64,000 nucleotides of DNA from Pirellulales bacterium (GTDB taxonomy: Bacteria > Planctomycetota > Planctomycetia > Pirellulales > PALSA-1355). The position numbers and the translations under genes are program-made. The DNA lies in contig CAVTBU010000010.1 of assembly GCA_963733035.1 (NCBI GenBank), positions 65,016 through 129,015 on the forward strand, given 5' to 3'. The notes beneath the pieces were generated by a model, which did no database searches, had not been told where the DNA came from, and saw only the letters and a list, made by a program, of their open reading frames with translations. How positions within the stretch are numbered: position 1 is the first letter of the stretch; each line of letters begins with the position of its first letter. This document shows, in pieces, positions 19,066-28,161 of this stretch.

Positions 19066-20433
19066 ATGTCTTCAATTCGACAATCCGCGACGGAGCTGTC
19101 CAGGTTCTTGGACAGTGGCGCGGCGCCGGTTTACGTTCTCGACGAGGACCGGCGAATTATTTTTCTGAACGCGGCTTGCGCCGACTGGCTCGGTGTACGG
19201 GCCGATGCGCTTGTGGGGCAACAGTGCAACTATCATGCGCCGGTTGCCGACGGTTCGCCGGCCACCGTTGCCGCAGGCTTGTGCCCGCCGCCGCAGGTCT
19301 TTTCGGGCCAGGCGCAACAGGCCGTGGTGAGTTGCCCCCGCGCCGGAGGCGGCATGGTGCATCGCCGCGGATACTTTTTGCCGCTGGCCCCGGGGGAAGA
19401 CGAAAGCGCCCCGGTGATGGCGGTACTTGAATGTGCGGATTGCGCGGTGGACGCTCATGCCGAAGACGGCGATTCGCCGCATGTGTTGCATGAGCAACTG
19501 CGCCGTTTCCGCCAGCGGATGGCCGGACGGTTTTCACCTGACCGGTTGGTCGGTCGGCATCCGCTCGTCAATCGTGCCCGCTCGCAAATCGAAGCGGCGG
19601 CTCGCAGCGGGGCCAGCGTGCTGATTGTCGGGCCGCCCGGATCCGGGAAGGAACACGCCGCGAAGGCGATTCACTACAGCCAAAGCGAGCCGGGCTTGCT
19701 GGTGCCGATCGATTGCGCCGTGATGGAAGCGAACCTCGTCCGCTCGACGCTGCGCACGTTGTGTGCACGCCGCGGCAGCCGACCGCCCGGCAGCACGCTG
19801 CTACTGGAAAACGTGGCCCAGTTGGCCGTCGATGCTCAGGAAGAGCTGCTGGAGATTCTTCGTGGTGGCGCTCTGCAAATGCGACTCACGTCGACCACGT
19901 CCGTGCCGCTCGCGGAGCGGATGGCCGAAGGAATGTTCTCGCAGGAGCTGGCCTGCGCCTTGAGCACGCTGGTGCTGGAATTGCCGCCGCTGGCCGACCG
20001 GATCGAAGACTTGCCGCTGTTGGTGCAGTCGCTCGTCGAGGACTTGAACGTTGGCAAATTGCGGCAGGTCGCCGGTTTCTCGCCTGAGGCATTGGATCAA
20101 CTTGCCGCCTATCCGTGGCCCGGCAACATCGACGAGCTGGGGACGATCGTGCGCGAAGTGCACGAAAAGGCGCAAGGCGTCGAAGTCTCACCGCGCGATC
20201 TTCCCAAGACGATTCAATGGGGTGCCGAGGCGGCCAGCCAGGCCAATCGCGGCGACGATGCGATTGTGCTGGAGGAATTTTTGGGCCGTGTCGAGAAGGA
20301 ACTCATTGCCCGCGCCATGCGACGTTCGAAGGGAAACAAGAGCCGGGCGGCCAAGCTGCTGGGGCTCACACGCCCCCGGCTCTATCGGCGGCTGGTCCAG
20401 TTGGGGCTCGAACAGCCCGGTGGTGCCAAGTGA
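19066..20433 (+). CDS. PAS + degenerate sigma-54-activator AAA+ + Fis HTH regulator
   Basis: N-terminal PAS-like segment, Walker A GPPGSGKE, YPWPGNIDEL, C-terminal GNKSRAAKLLGLTRPRLYRRL; no GAFTGA. Confidence 0.85.
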   Translation: MSSIRQSATELSRFLDSGAAPVYVLDEDRRIIFLNAACADWLGVRADALVGQQCNYHAPVADGSPATVAAGLCPPPQVFSGQAQQAVVSCPRAGGGMVHRRGYFLPLAPGEDESAPVMAVLECADCAVDAHAEDGDSPHVLHEQLRRFRQRMAGRFSPDRLVGRHPLVNRARSQIEAAARSGASVLIVGPPGSGKEHAAKAIHYSQSEPGLLVPIDCAVMEANLVRSTLRTLCARRGSRPPGSTLLLENVAQLAVDAQEELLEILRGGALQMRLTSTTSVPLAERMAEGMFSQELACALSTLVLELPPLADRIEDLPLLVQSLVEDLNVGKLRQVAGFSPEALDQLAAYPWPGNIDELGTIVREVHEKAQGVEVSPRDLPKTIQWGAEAASQANRGDDAIVLEEFLGRVEKELIARAMRRSKGNKSRAAKLLGLTRPRLYRRLVQLGLEQPGGAK

Positions 20434-20536
20434 TGTTCAACAGCCGGCTCGACCGGCATGAGAACACGTTGGACGGCCGGTTTCGCATTCCGATTGCTCT
20501 TCTCACTGCTTGTCAAAGCCCGGCGGTATTCCTACC

Positions 20537-21013
20537 ATGAAACGCGACCTGCAACCGTTTCCGCCATCCGCGATGACCGCCAAACCCCGCCTGATTATTT
20601 ACGAAAGAATGGGCACCTGGGCCGCTCGCATGCGACCCCACGTGCCGAGCGACATGCAATTGCGCCAAACGCGCTCGTTGGACGAGTGCACCGGCGAGCT
20701 CCGGCAGGCACCCGGTAGTCTGGTGGTGGTTGAAGTGACTGACGTGAACCTCGATGAGGTGCTCGACTTGGCGTCGGACCTGGGACAGCGGTTTCCGCAC
20801 GCGCGGCTAGCGGCGGTGTCGAAACGCGGCAACGAGGCCTACGAGATGCTGTTGCGGGAAGCTGGCGCCGTGCACTTTACCACGTCGCCGCGAACGGCCG
20901 ACGTCCTGGCGCGGATGGCCGTGCGACATTCGGCGCGGGTGCCACGGCCACGAACGACGCTATCGTCACAGATTTGGGAGTCGCTTCCCTGGCACGAAGC
21001 GGCCACAAGCTGA
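20537..21013 (+). CDS. atypical receiver-like protein
   Basis: REC-like pattern (LIIYE..LVVVEV..FPHARLAAVS..EAGAVHFTTSP) without the canonical Asp and Lys; start uncertain. Confidence 0.6.
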   Translation: MKRDLQPFPPSAMTAKPRLIIYERMGTWAARMRPHVPSDMQLRQTRSLDECTGELRQAPGSLVVVEVTDVNLDEVLDLASDLGQRFPHARLAAVSKRGNEAYEMLLREAGAVHFTTSPRTADVLARMAVRHSARVPRPRTTLSSQIWESLPWHEAATS

Positions 21014-21136
21014 CAGGGTCGGCCGGACGCAGCCGGGTGTCGGAGGCGGCGACAAAACACGGCGGAGGCGGCGTTGCCGGTCGCTTCAGCGGTGCCCGAC
21101 AGTTTTTGACATTCAACGAGGGAAGGATTTTTTGTG

Positions 21137-22213
21137 ATGGCTGAAAGCCAACTCGATCGGGCCGCCGTGACCGCGGCGCTGGACAGTTTCAACGATCCCG
21201 AGTCGGGGCGAAGTCTGGCGGCCAGCGGGCAAGTCGGCGATATCGCGATCGACGGGGGAAGCGTTACGGTGACCATTGGTTTGACTTCGCACTCGGCGAT
21301 CTTGCGAGAGGAAACCCTCGCCGCGCTGGAGAAACACTTGCGCGAGAAGCTTCCGGCCGTGGGGGACGTCTCGATCAAGGTGACCGAACACCAGCGTCCA
21401 CCAGCGAAGCTGGGGCAAATCGGGCTGACGGCCAAGTCGGTCGTGGCCGTCGGATCGGGCAAAGGCGGCGTCGGCAAAAGCACGATTGCCGCGTCGCTGG
21501 CGTTGGGACTGGCCCGCGCGGGGAGCAAGGTCGGGTTGATGGATGCCGACGTTTACGGTCCCAGCATTCCGCATCTATTGGGCGTCAATCAGCGACCGGA
21601 AGTTCAAGACGGCCGTATTCAGCCGATTGAAGTCTCGGGGCTGAAAGTCATCTCGATGGGCTTTTTGGTGCCGCCGGGCGAAGCCGTGGTTTGGCGGGGT
21701 CCGATGCTGCACGGGGCGATCACGCAGTTCTTGCGCGACACGGCCTGGGGCGATTTGGACTATTTGATCATCGACATGCCGCCTGGCACGGGCGACATTG
21801 CCTTGACGCTCTCGCAACTGTTGCCGCTCTCGGGCGCGGTGATCGTGTGCACGCCGCAAGACGTGGCGCTGCTCGACGCGATCAAGGCGGTGGCCATGTT
21901 TCGCAAGGTAAACATCCCGATCCTGGGGATGGTCGAAAACATGAGCGGTTTCGTGGTGCCCGAGACGGGTAAGCGATACGACATCTTCGGCGCCGGTGGC
22001 GCAAAGACCAAAGCGGCCGAACTTGGCATTCCGTTTTTGGGCGAAGTGCCGATCACGATCAGCATCCGCGAAGCGGGCGACGAGGGACGAACCGCGGCGA
22101 ATTTCGACGACCCGCAGGCGCGGCCTTATCTGCAGACGCTGTGCGAAAACCTGGTGCGAAATCTGGCCGGATCGCGAGACCGGGCGGGCATTTTGCCGAC
22201 GCTGACGCTGTAG
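21137..22213 (+). CDS. mrp: Mrp/NBP35 (ApbC) family P-loop ATPase with N-terminal DUF59-like domain
   Basis: GSGKGGVGKST, DADVYGPS, WRGPM, DMPPGTGD, ENMS. Confidence 0.93.
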   Translation: MAESQLDRAAVTAALDSFNDPESGRSLAASGQVGDIAIDGGSVTVTIGLTSHSAILREETLAALEKHLREKLPAVGDVSIKVTEHQRPPAKLGQIGLTAKSVVAVGSGKGGVGKSTIAASLALGLARAGSKVGLMDADVYGPSIPHLLGVNQRPEVQDGRIQPIEVSGLKVISMGFLVPPGEAVVWRGPMLHGAITQFLRDTAWGDLDYLIIDMPPGTGDIALTLSQLLPLSGAVIVCTPQDVALLDAIKAVAMFRKVNIPILGMVENMSGFVVPETGKRYDIFGAGGAKTKAAELGIPFLGEVPITISIREAGDEGRTAANFDDPQARPYLQTLCENLVRNLAGSRDRAGILPTLTL

Positions 22214-22286
22214 GGCTAAGGTGTCTGGTGGCAGTGGTTTAGGAGGATGCCCGGGGGCTTTTGGAAGGGTCTCGTTGAGCGGGCAT

Positions 22287-22329
22287 AAAAAACTAGAGCC
22301 GTTCGGATCTGAGGGACCCGAACGGCTCT
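22287..22329 (-). terminator. intrinsic terminator of the Lys-rich peptide gene (possibly bidirectional)
   Basis: 12-bp stem AGAGCCGTTCGG/CCGAACGGCTCT with A6 on the + strand (U-tract on -). Confidence 0.8.
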
Positions 22330-22400
22330 TTCTCGTTGTATTCAGTGCCGCTTTTTCAAGCGGACTTCCGCGGCGAAATGTGCCGCGAGAAGAGGCGCTG

Positions 22401-22475
22401 CTACTTCTTCTTCTTCTTGGCGGCCTTCTTCTTGGGAGCCTTCTTCGCAGCAGCTTTCTTCTTCTTCTTGGCCAC
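22401..22475 (-). CDS. 24-aa Lys/Ala-rich histone-H1-tail-like peptide (MAKKKKKAAAKKAPKKKAAKKKKK)
   Basis: AGGAGG 7 nt before GTG, 14 of 15 Lys codons are AAG, terminator downstream. Confidence 0.75.
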   Translation of the reverse strand: MAKKKKKAAAKKAPKKKAAKKKKK

Positions 22476-22836
22476 AGTCCGTCCTCCTAAAAAAATGTTG
22501 GCAAGATCCGTCTCGGTGACCTCCAAGTCACAAAATTGCTCCGAGCGAGTCCTACCTGAACAAAAAACAAAAGCCTTCTCGCCGCGAAGCAACAATCGCT
22601 TCGCAATTGAGAAAACTTCAAACACACCCAAGTTCAGGAAAGATCATGAGTATTATTTGTACACATTCCGAAGAAATGTGCAACACGAATCTTGACACGA
22701 ACGCAAAATTTTTTTGCGTTCGCCAGACGCCCTCGCGCGGTCAGTGATGTGCGTTTCAACAACGATCACATCGTTGCACGCGCGCTTGTTGTTCGGCGCG
22801 AGTTGCAAAGCTTGATTGCATCGCGCGAAGCCGCGC

Positions 22837-23643
22837 TTAATAAATCGCGATCGAAGTTCCATCGGCAAACGTTGCCGTTGGTTTTTTGCCGCGCTGTGGC
22901 AACCACAAAAGATGCCGTTGGGCCGGCGTGCGCGTGCGAAGGTAAAGCGTGCGAACGATCGCGCTGCTCGCCGGCGCGTGCGATGGACCTTCGCTTGTCC
23001 AGGTGCCCAAAATATCGCGCCATGCCCGGCCCCGATGGCGAAAACGTATGTGGATCGGATCGAATCCGTACCAGGTCGGGCAATGCTCGGCGGTCGCACA
23101 GCCGCGCTCGGCCGTTAATCGCCGCACCACCTCGTTGAGCGCGAAAGCGCGTCGGGTAGCTTCGGCCAACGTGATACGGCTCGACGGAAAAAACAGCGTG
23201 CGCAGCATGCCGAATCGTGCCGGCCCGAGCGCGTGCAGGTTGTCGACCGGCAGCAGCGTGACCGTGGTTTTTGCCTCCAGCGCGGCGAGCCGATCGAGGC
23301 ATCTCGCAACCCACTCGGCGATTCGAGCGACCGGCTCCTCGTACAGCAAGTCGTTGCCGATATCGGTCACCAGGGCGGCTGTCGGCAGGGGATCGGCGGC
23401 CGTCAAATCGGGCCACAGGTCGCACGATTCGATACCCGGCAGCCGCATGCCGACGAAACGCGTGGTTCGGCCGTAGGAGCGTCCGTGTCCGAGGGCGGCA
23501 AAAACTTGTTGCGGGCCGCCCCACACCCGATCGGCCGTTTCCAGCACCGTGCCGATGCCCTTGGTCAGATTGCTCGCACCCAGGAGCACCACGCGCCGCT
23601 TGGGGGCAGGTGGCCGCGGCGCGCCTTTTCGGCGGCGGATCAC
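22837..23643 (-). CDS. conserved hypothetical, SGNH/GDSL-like
   Basis: VVLLGASN, DIGNDL and FDPIH resemble SGNH blocks; GTG overlaps the upstream stop. Confidence 0.65.
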   Translation of the reverse strand: MIRRRKGAPRPPAPKRRVVLLGASNLTKGIGTVLETADRVWGGPQQVFAALGHGRSYGRTTRFVGMRLPGIESCDLWPDLTAADPLPTAALVTDIGNDLLYEEPVARIAEWVARCLDRLAALEAKTTVTLLPVDNLHALGPARFGMLRTLFFPSSRITLAEATRRAFALNEVVRRLTAERGCATAEHCPTWYGFDPIHIRFRHRGRAWRDILGTWTSEGPSHAPASSAIVRTLYLRTRTPAQRHLLWLPQRGKKPTATFADGTSIAIY

Positions 23644-24386
23644 CGATAGCCTCCCCAACCGCCACCGCGGCCGCTGAAGGCCTGAATGGCCATGTAGCTG
23701 TTGTAGGCCAAATAGCCACAGAAGAAGGTCAGGAAGGCATCGTGCAGTCGAACCCAGGCCAGCACGCCGGCACCAGCCGCTACGAAGACCGACAGCCAGA
23801 GCGACATCTGCAGACCGTCGCGCGGTTGGATCGATTGCAGAATCTCTTGCGAAATCTTGCCGCCGTCGAGCGGCCAGATCGGCAAAAGGTTCACGAGCCC
23901 CCAAAAGATGTTCACGTAGAGCAAATCGACGATGAGCCGATTGAGGTTGTCGTTGCTGAAATATACGAAGCGAACGGGCAGGATTGTTTCCGGCCAACCC
24001 ATGGCCACTCGATGACCCGAAGCGACGATTAGCGCCACGATTAGTCCCGCGAAGAGAAAGCCGGCCAACGGCCCCGCAAACGAAATGGCGATCTGCTTAA
24101 GCGCGCTGCGATCGGTGGGACGATAGGACGCCAGTCCGCCAAAACTATAGAGCGTGATCCAGGGTGCCCAGCCGTAGGCCCGCGCCACCAAGGCATGACC
24201 CATTTCGTGGACCACGACGGAGACGAAGACCGCGCCCACCCACAGGATCATCTCCAGCGGTTGTTCGTTGGCGCACACCCCGAGGAAGGCGGCCACCAGC
24301 CAGAACAGCGGATGCACGCGAATCGGAATGCCGAACGCGCGGAACCGCAGGTCGTAGGCGGTTTGTGGGGGCTCGTTGAAGATCAC
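23640..24386 (-). CDS. site-2 protease (M50) family membrane metalloprotease
   Basis: HEMGH, AGP, NLLPIWPLDGG. Confidence 0.92.
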   Translation of the reverse strand: MIFNEPPQTAYDLRFRAFGIPIRVHPLFWLVAAFLGVCANEQPLEMILWVGAVFVSVVVHEMGHALVARAYGWAPWITLYSFGGLASYRPTDRSALKQIAISFAGPLAGFLFAGLIVALIVASGHRVAMGWPETILPVRFVYFSNDNLNRLIVDLLYVNIFWGLVNLLPIWPLDGGKISQEILQSIQPRDGLQMSLWLSVFVAAGAGVLAWVRLHDAFLTFFCGYLAYNSYMAIQAFSGRGGGWGGYR

Positions 24387-24487
24387 GCTTGGAGAATCTC
24401 CCTGGAGAGTGCGAGCGAATGAGATGCTTATGATCAGACGCCAAGAATGGCTCGCCGCCTGAATTGTACACCACCTCGAGTTTCAGT

Positions 24488-25762
24488 TCAGGCGGCGGCC
24501 GAATGCTCCGCGGTGTGGGGTGCTGACGTGGCCGTGGGTGCGGGGGGCACGAAATGCGGCGTAGGCACCGGCGCCGGTCGTCGGGCGAGCTCGGCCAAGA
24601 TATGTCGTGCCGCGGCCTGCGTGGCGCCGCCATGAGCTACTTCGGTTTTGAGCCTGGCGAGTCGCTCGACGAGCGCCTGGCGCTTGGGACGATCGGTCAG
24701 CCACTCAACGACGTGCGCGGCCAATTGCCGAGACTTGTCCTCGCAGGTCACGTACTCTGGAAACAACACCTCGGCGTTTTCGCCTGCATCGGGATCATAG
24801 GTCGTGGCGTCACCGTCGAACGCATCCTCGGCCGAGAGCAGATTGACCAGCGTGATGTACTTCACGCGGCGGTAGCGACGTTGCAGGGCGTACCCCAGCG
24901 GCGAAATCCAATACAGGATCGCCGTTGGCTTGCATTGGTAGAGCAGCTCCAGCGAAACCGAGCCCGAGACGGCCAGGCAACAGTCGGCCAGGCGAATCAG
25001 CTCTGGAGTCCGTTTGACAAATACCGGAATCTCGAGCCCGCTGGCGGCCACGGCAGCCCGCGCCATTTCGGCCTGGTGCGGTTTGAAGGCCGCAATCGCG
25101 AAGCGCACCGTTGGCACCTGCGCTTGGATCAGCCTGGCGGCCTGCAAAAAATGCCTGAGGTTGTGCTCGACTTCCTGCGTTCGCGAGCCTGGCAGAATCG
25201 CGACCAGCGGCCGCTGAGGATCTTGCCGCGCGGCCAAGAATTCCGCGTCGAACTGCTGTCGGCGGACTTCGTCGAAATAGGGGTGGCCGACAAACGTGGC
25301 GTTGGCGCCGCGCTCGGCATACCAACGGGCTTCGAACGGCAGGCTGCAAAGCACGTGATCGACAAACTTGCGCACCTTGCGAATTCGCCAGGAGGCCCAG
25401 GCCCAGATTTGCGGCGGCGCGAAATAGAATACGGGAATGCCGTGCGCCTTGGCCCGCCGCGCGATCCACCAATTGAAGCCGGGATAGTCGACGAGCACGA
25501 CCGCGTCGGGGCGTTGATGGCGGAAGTAGCGGTCGGCCCGGCCGGCCAAGGCCAAGAACTTATGGATGTTAAGAATCACCCGCAAGATCCACATCACGGC
25601 CAGGGCCGTCAGGTCGGTGTGCAACTTGCACCCGGCGGCGGCCATTTCTGGTCCACCGTAGCCGACCGCTTCGATGCCCGGGTCGAGCTCGCGCAGTCTG
25701 CGAATCAAATTTGCGCCGTGCAAATCGCCGCTGGGTTCGCCGGCCGAGAAAAAGATCTTCAT
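24488..25762 (-). CDS. lpxB: lipid-A-disaccharide synthase
   Basis: AGEPSGDLHG, DYPGFN, PQIWAW, FVGHP, LPGSR. Confidence 0.95.
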   Translation of the reverse strand: MKIFFSAGEPSGDLHGANLIRRLRELDPGIEAVGYGGPEMAAAGCKLHTDLTALAVMWILRVILNIHKFLALAGRADRYFRHQRPDAVVLVDYPGFNWWIARRAKAHGIPVFYFAPPQIWAWASWRIRKVRKFVDHVLCSLPFEARWYAERGANATFVGHPYFDEVRRQQFDAEFLAARQDPQRPLVAILPGSRTQEVEHNLRHFLQAARLIQAQVPTVRFAIAAFKPHQAEMARAAVAASGLEIPVFVKRTPELIRLADCCLAVSGSVSLELLYQCKPTAILYWISPLGYALQRRYRRVKYITLVNLLSAEDAFDGDATTYDPDAGENAEVLFPEYVTCEDKSRQLAAHVVEWLTDRPKRQALVERLARLKTEVAHGGATQAAARHILAELARRPAPVPTPHFVPPAPTATSAPHTAEHSAAA

Positions 25763-25834
25763 CGCGTGCTCGAGGTGCTCAACAGGGATGCCTTGCAGGA
25801 AAATCGTGCCGGTGAAGGTTTGCCGAGCCGTGGG

Positions 25835-26632
25835 TCACGCCGAATCGTGCGGTTTCTTTTCCACCGGATGAACGAACGGTTGCACGAAGGGGCGCGGCTG
25901 CGCGACGTCCAGCCTGGGGGGCACCGAATCGGGCGTGGCGCCGCCGTCGTCGAAGTCGCGCGGCAGCTCGCTGGCCAGATGCGGTTCGAATCGCCGCGCG
26001 AACCACCAGGCTGCCAGTCGATCGACGATGCCGGCGTGATAGGTGGTTCCCTGCGGCAACAGTCCATCGGCCAGGGTGACGCGGCACACACGCTGACCGC
26101 GCCGCGCCATCAAAGCTTCAAAACAGCGGAACGATCCGGGCGCGAGCGACATTCCCTGGACCGCCGGACGCTTGGCAGCCCACAGCAGTTCTTCGCCGGC
26201 ATGCAACCGCGACGAGCCGGTCAGCAAGCGAACCCACCGCAGCAGACATTGCCAGGTATCATGGATGAGCGTGCCTTGCCGACTGGTTACGGCCACGTCG
26301 TAGCGCGACAGCCGGGAGAGAAGCTGAGAGACGAGTGGCTGGTGTTCGCGAGGCCCCATCGCCATCACGATTCTGCCTCTGGCCGCCGCCATTCCCGCGG
26401 TAAGAGCGGCCGCCAGGCCTCGCGGCTCGTCGAACCGCAAGATTCGCAGATGCGCATCGCGCCGCAACAACTCTTGCAGGCGCTCGATAGCTGGCTGCGA
26501 TGATGCGTCGTCGATGCAGATAATCTCGTAGGGCAGAAGCAGGTCGTCGAGCGTCTGGCAGAGTTGCGGCAATCGTTGGCCGACGTCGTCGGCCGCGTCC
26601 CGCTGGGGGATTAAAACCGAGTAGTGAACCAT
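25835..26632 (-). CDS. divergent GT2-family glycosyltransferase-like protein
   Basis: SVLIP, YEIICIDDAS, ALTAGMAAARG; DxD not recognisable. Confidence 0.7.
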   Translation of the reverse strand: MVHYSVLIPQRDAADDVGQRLPQLCQTLDDLLLPYEIICIDDASSQPAIERLQELLRRDAHLRILRFDEPRGLAAALTAGMAAARGRIVMAMGPREHQPLVSQLLSRLSRYDVAVTSRQGTLIHDTWQCLLRWVRLLTGSSRLHAGEELLWAAKRPAVQGMSLAPGSFRCFEALMARRGQRVCRVTLADGLLPQGTTYHAGIVDRLAAWWFARRFEPHLASELPRDFDDGGATPDSVPPRLDVAQPRPFVQPFVHPVEKKPHDSA

Positions 26633-26840
26633 AATGCAGCCCTGCCACTCATTAGGGTGCCAAGTCCGTTGGCGAGTCGTGGCGCGACGGGGAGTATCCC
26701 AAATCCGTGCGGCGGTCGTAAAGTGCAGTTTTTGTGCCGCCCGCTGCTTTGTGTGAGGTGCAGGTGAAAGAAAAAATCGCTGAAAAGCGTGACGCATTGA
26801 GTGGAGGACAACAGGGCGGAACGAAGCAGGGCAAAGTCAC

Positions 26841-26877
26841 AAAAAAAGGGTCGGGAGTCTTGGCGACTCCCGACCCT
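26841..26877 (-). terminator. intrinsic terminator formed by REP-like palindrome, copy 2
   Basis: AGGGTCGGGAGTC-TTGGC-GACTCCCGACCCT preceded by A7 on + (U-tract on -). Confidence 0.8.
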
Positions 26878-26902
26878 GTCGGTATTTCGGCACACTGGGT
26901 GC

Positions 26903-27340
26903 TTACTTTTCGGCGGTCTCGAAGCCCTTGCTGGTGTTCTTGAACAGCAAGCCAATCAGTTCGTCGCCTTCGACCTTCTTGGCCTTGGCCAAGCAGCCGC
27001 CACAGCAGAGCTTCACCTTGACGCCCTCAACGGAGACGACTTTGTCGTCGGCCATCGGACGGCCCGTCAATGGGCACTTGACCTGCTTCAGTTGACCGCT
27101 TTGCACCAATTGCAGGTTGGCTTTGGCGGCAAACTTCTCAGGGTTGGCGTTGAAGGCCTTCGGGCAATTGGGACAGCAGAATTCCACTTCGCCGCCATTG
27201 AACGCCACCTTGTGGTCGGCACTGGCGGGCTTTCCCGACACGGGGCACTTCAATTCGGCCTTTTCGTCGGCCGCTCGCAACGTACTCACAGCAAACATCG
27301 ATACGACCGCCAAGGCGGCCAACAGCATACGCGTCTTCAT
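26903..27340 (-). CDS. secreted protein with two YHS/TRASH-like metal-binding repeats
   Basis: Signal peptide; CPVSGKP..FCCPNC and CPLTGRP..LCCGGC. Confidence 0.82.
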   Translation of the reverse strand: MKTRMLLAALAVVSMFAVSTLRAADEKAELKCPVSGKPASADHKVAFNGGEVEFCCPNCPKAFNANPEKFAAKANLQLVQSGQLKQVKCPLTGRPMADDKVVSVEGVKVKLCCGGCLAKAKKVEGDELIGLLFKNTSKGFETAEK

Positions 27341-27538
27341 AGAATCGTCCTTTCCTAACAGGAGAAGATAAGTTCAACCGCACGGTCTTGGCCAAATACG
27401 GCGCCGACAAGTTCGAGTCAAACGCGACAACTCAGCCAGAGACCGACAACCGATTTCGAAACGAAATTACCACAATAGAGCTGTCCCGATCTTGGACTGC
27501 GCCCGCAATTGCGGGGGCAAGAGCCGGGACGAGAAGCG

Positions 27539-28009
27539 TCAAACTGTCCAGCGACAGTAGATCTTGTGCAGGGCAATGTCGGGCGGTTCGACCTGATGAG
27601 TCACCCAGGCTCCCGCGACTGCGAGCTGCGAAGCGGTGCCGCAGAACCGGGCGACGGCAATCACGCTTGAATGCTTCTGGTGGGTTTCGACTTGGTCTTT
27701 GCCGGTGACGATGGCCGGCTCGAGGCTGATCGTCTTGCAACTACACGGGGCGTCAGTCGCGCGAGGCGACTCGTTGGCGACCGAGTCGGTCGTGGTCGTT
27801 TTTCCAGCTTCGGCACAGCAGGAACGTTGGGTTTCCTGACAGCAGGCCGGGAGCTCCTCGGTTTCGGTTCGAGGGCCGCAACAGCAACTTCCGCCGCCGG
27901 CGATCGCTCCGGTTTTGCAACAGCGGGGCATGGCGCCCAGCACGGGCGCGGCGATCAGGCTGACAGCCAGCAGCGCCACGCCAAATTGCCGAACCAGTCG
28001 AGTGAGCAT
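27539..28009 (-). CDS. Cys-rich exported protein (putative metal-sensing leader)
   Basis: Hydrophobic N-terminus; CC, CCC, CC, CC and CSC clusters; tail HKIYCRWTV. Confidence 0.65.
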   Translation of the reverse strand: MLTRLVRQFGVALLAVSLIAAPVLGAMPRCCKTGAIAGGGSCCCGPRTETEELPACCQETQRSCCAEAGKTTTTDSVANESPRATDAPCSCKTISLEPAIVTGKDQVETHQKHSSVIAVARFCGTASQLAVAGAWVTHQVEPPDIALHKIYCRWTV

Positions 28010-28161
28010 ATGTGCGATTATTGCATTGTTGCCGGTGTGTTGAGCACAGCGGCAGTATTGTCGGCCAGTTTAACCCGCAAAGTCAAGCAACTTTGCCCTA
28101 CCTGACGCGTTTGTTGGAAAAAGCCGCCACGTGGTTGTCCGGCCGGGGCCGCCCGGGGGCG

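Noticed and set aside
22476..22631. 76-aa version of the Lys-rich ORF in the ORF track
   Set aside because: The upstream extension has no SD and crosses a terminator-like hairpin; the strong SD points to GTG 22475
22336..22695. + strand Phe/Leu-rich ORFs (22221-22490, 22336-22695) and a CTT microsatellite reading
   Set aside because: They are the antisense of the Lys-codon run; SD and terminator support the - strand peptide
24554..26503. 649-aa + strand ORF and other long antisense ORFs (566-1678, 8707-9945, 10463-11830, 33238-34848, 58012-59448)
   Set aside because: They lie opposite well-supported genes, have no motifs, and are expected shadows of GC-rich codon usage
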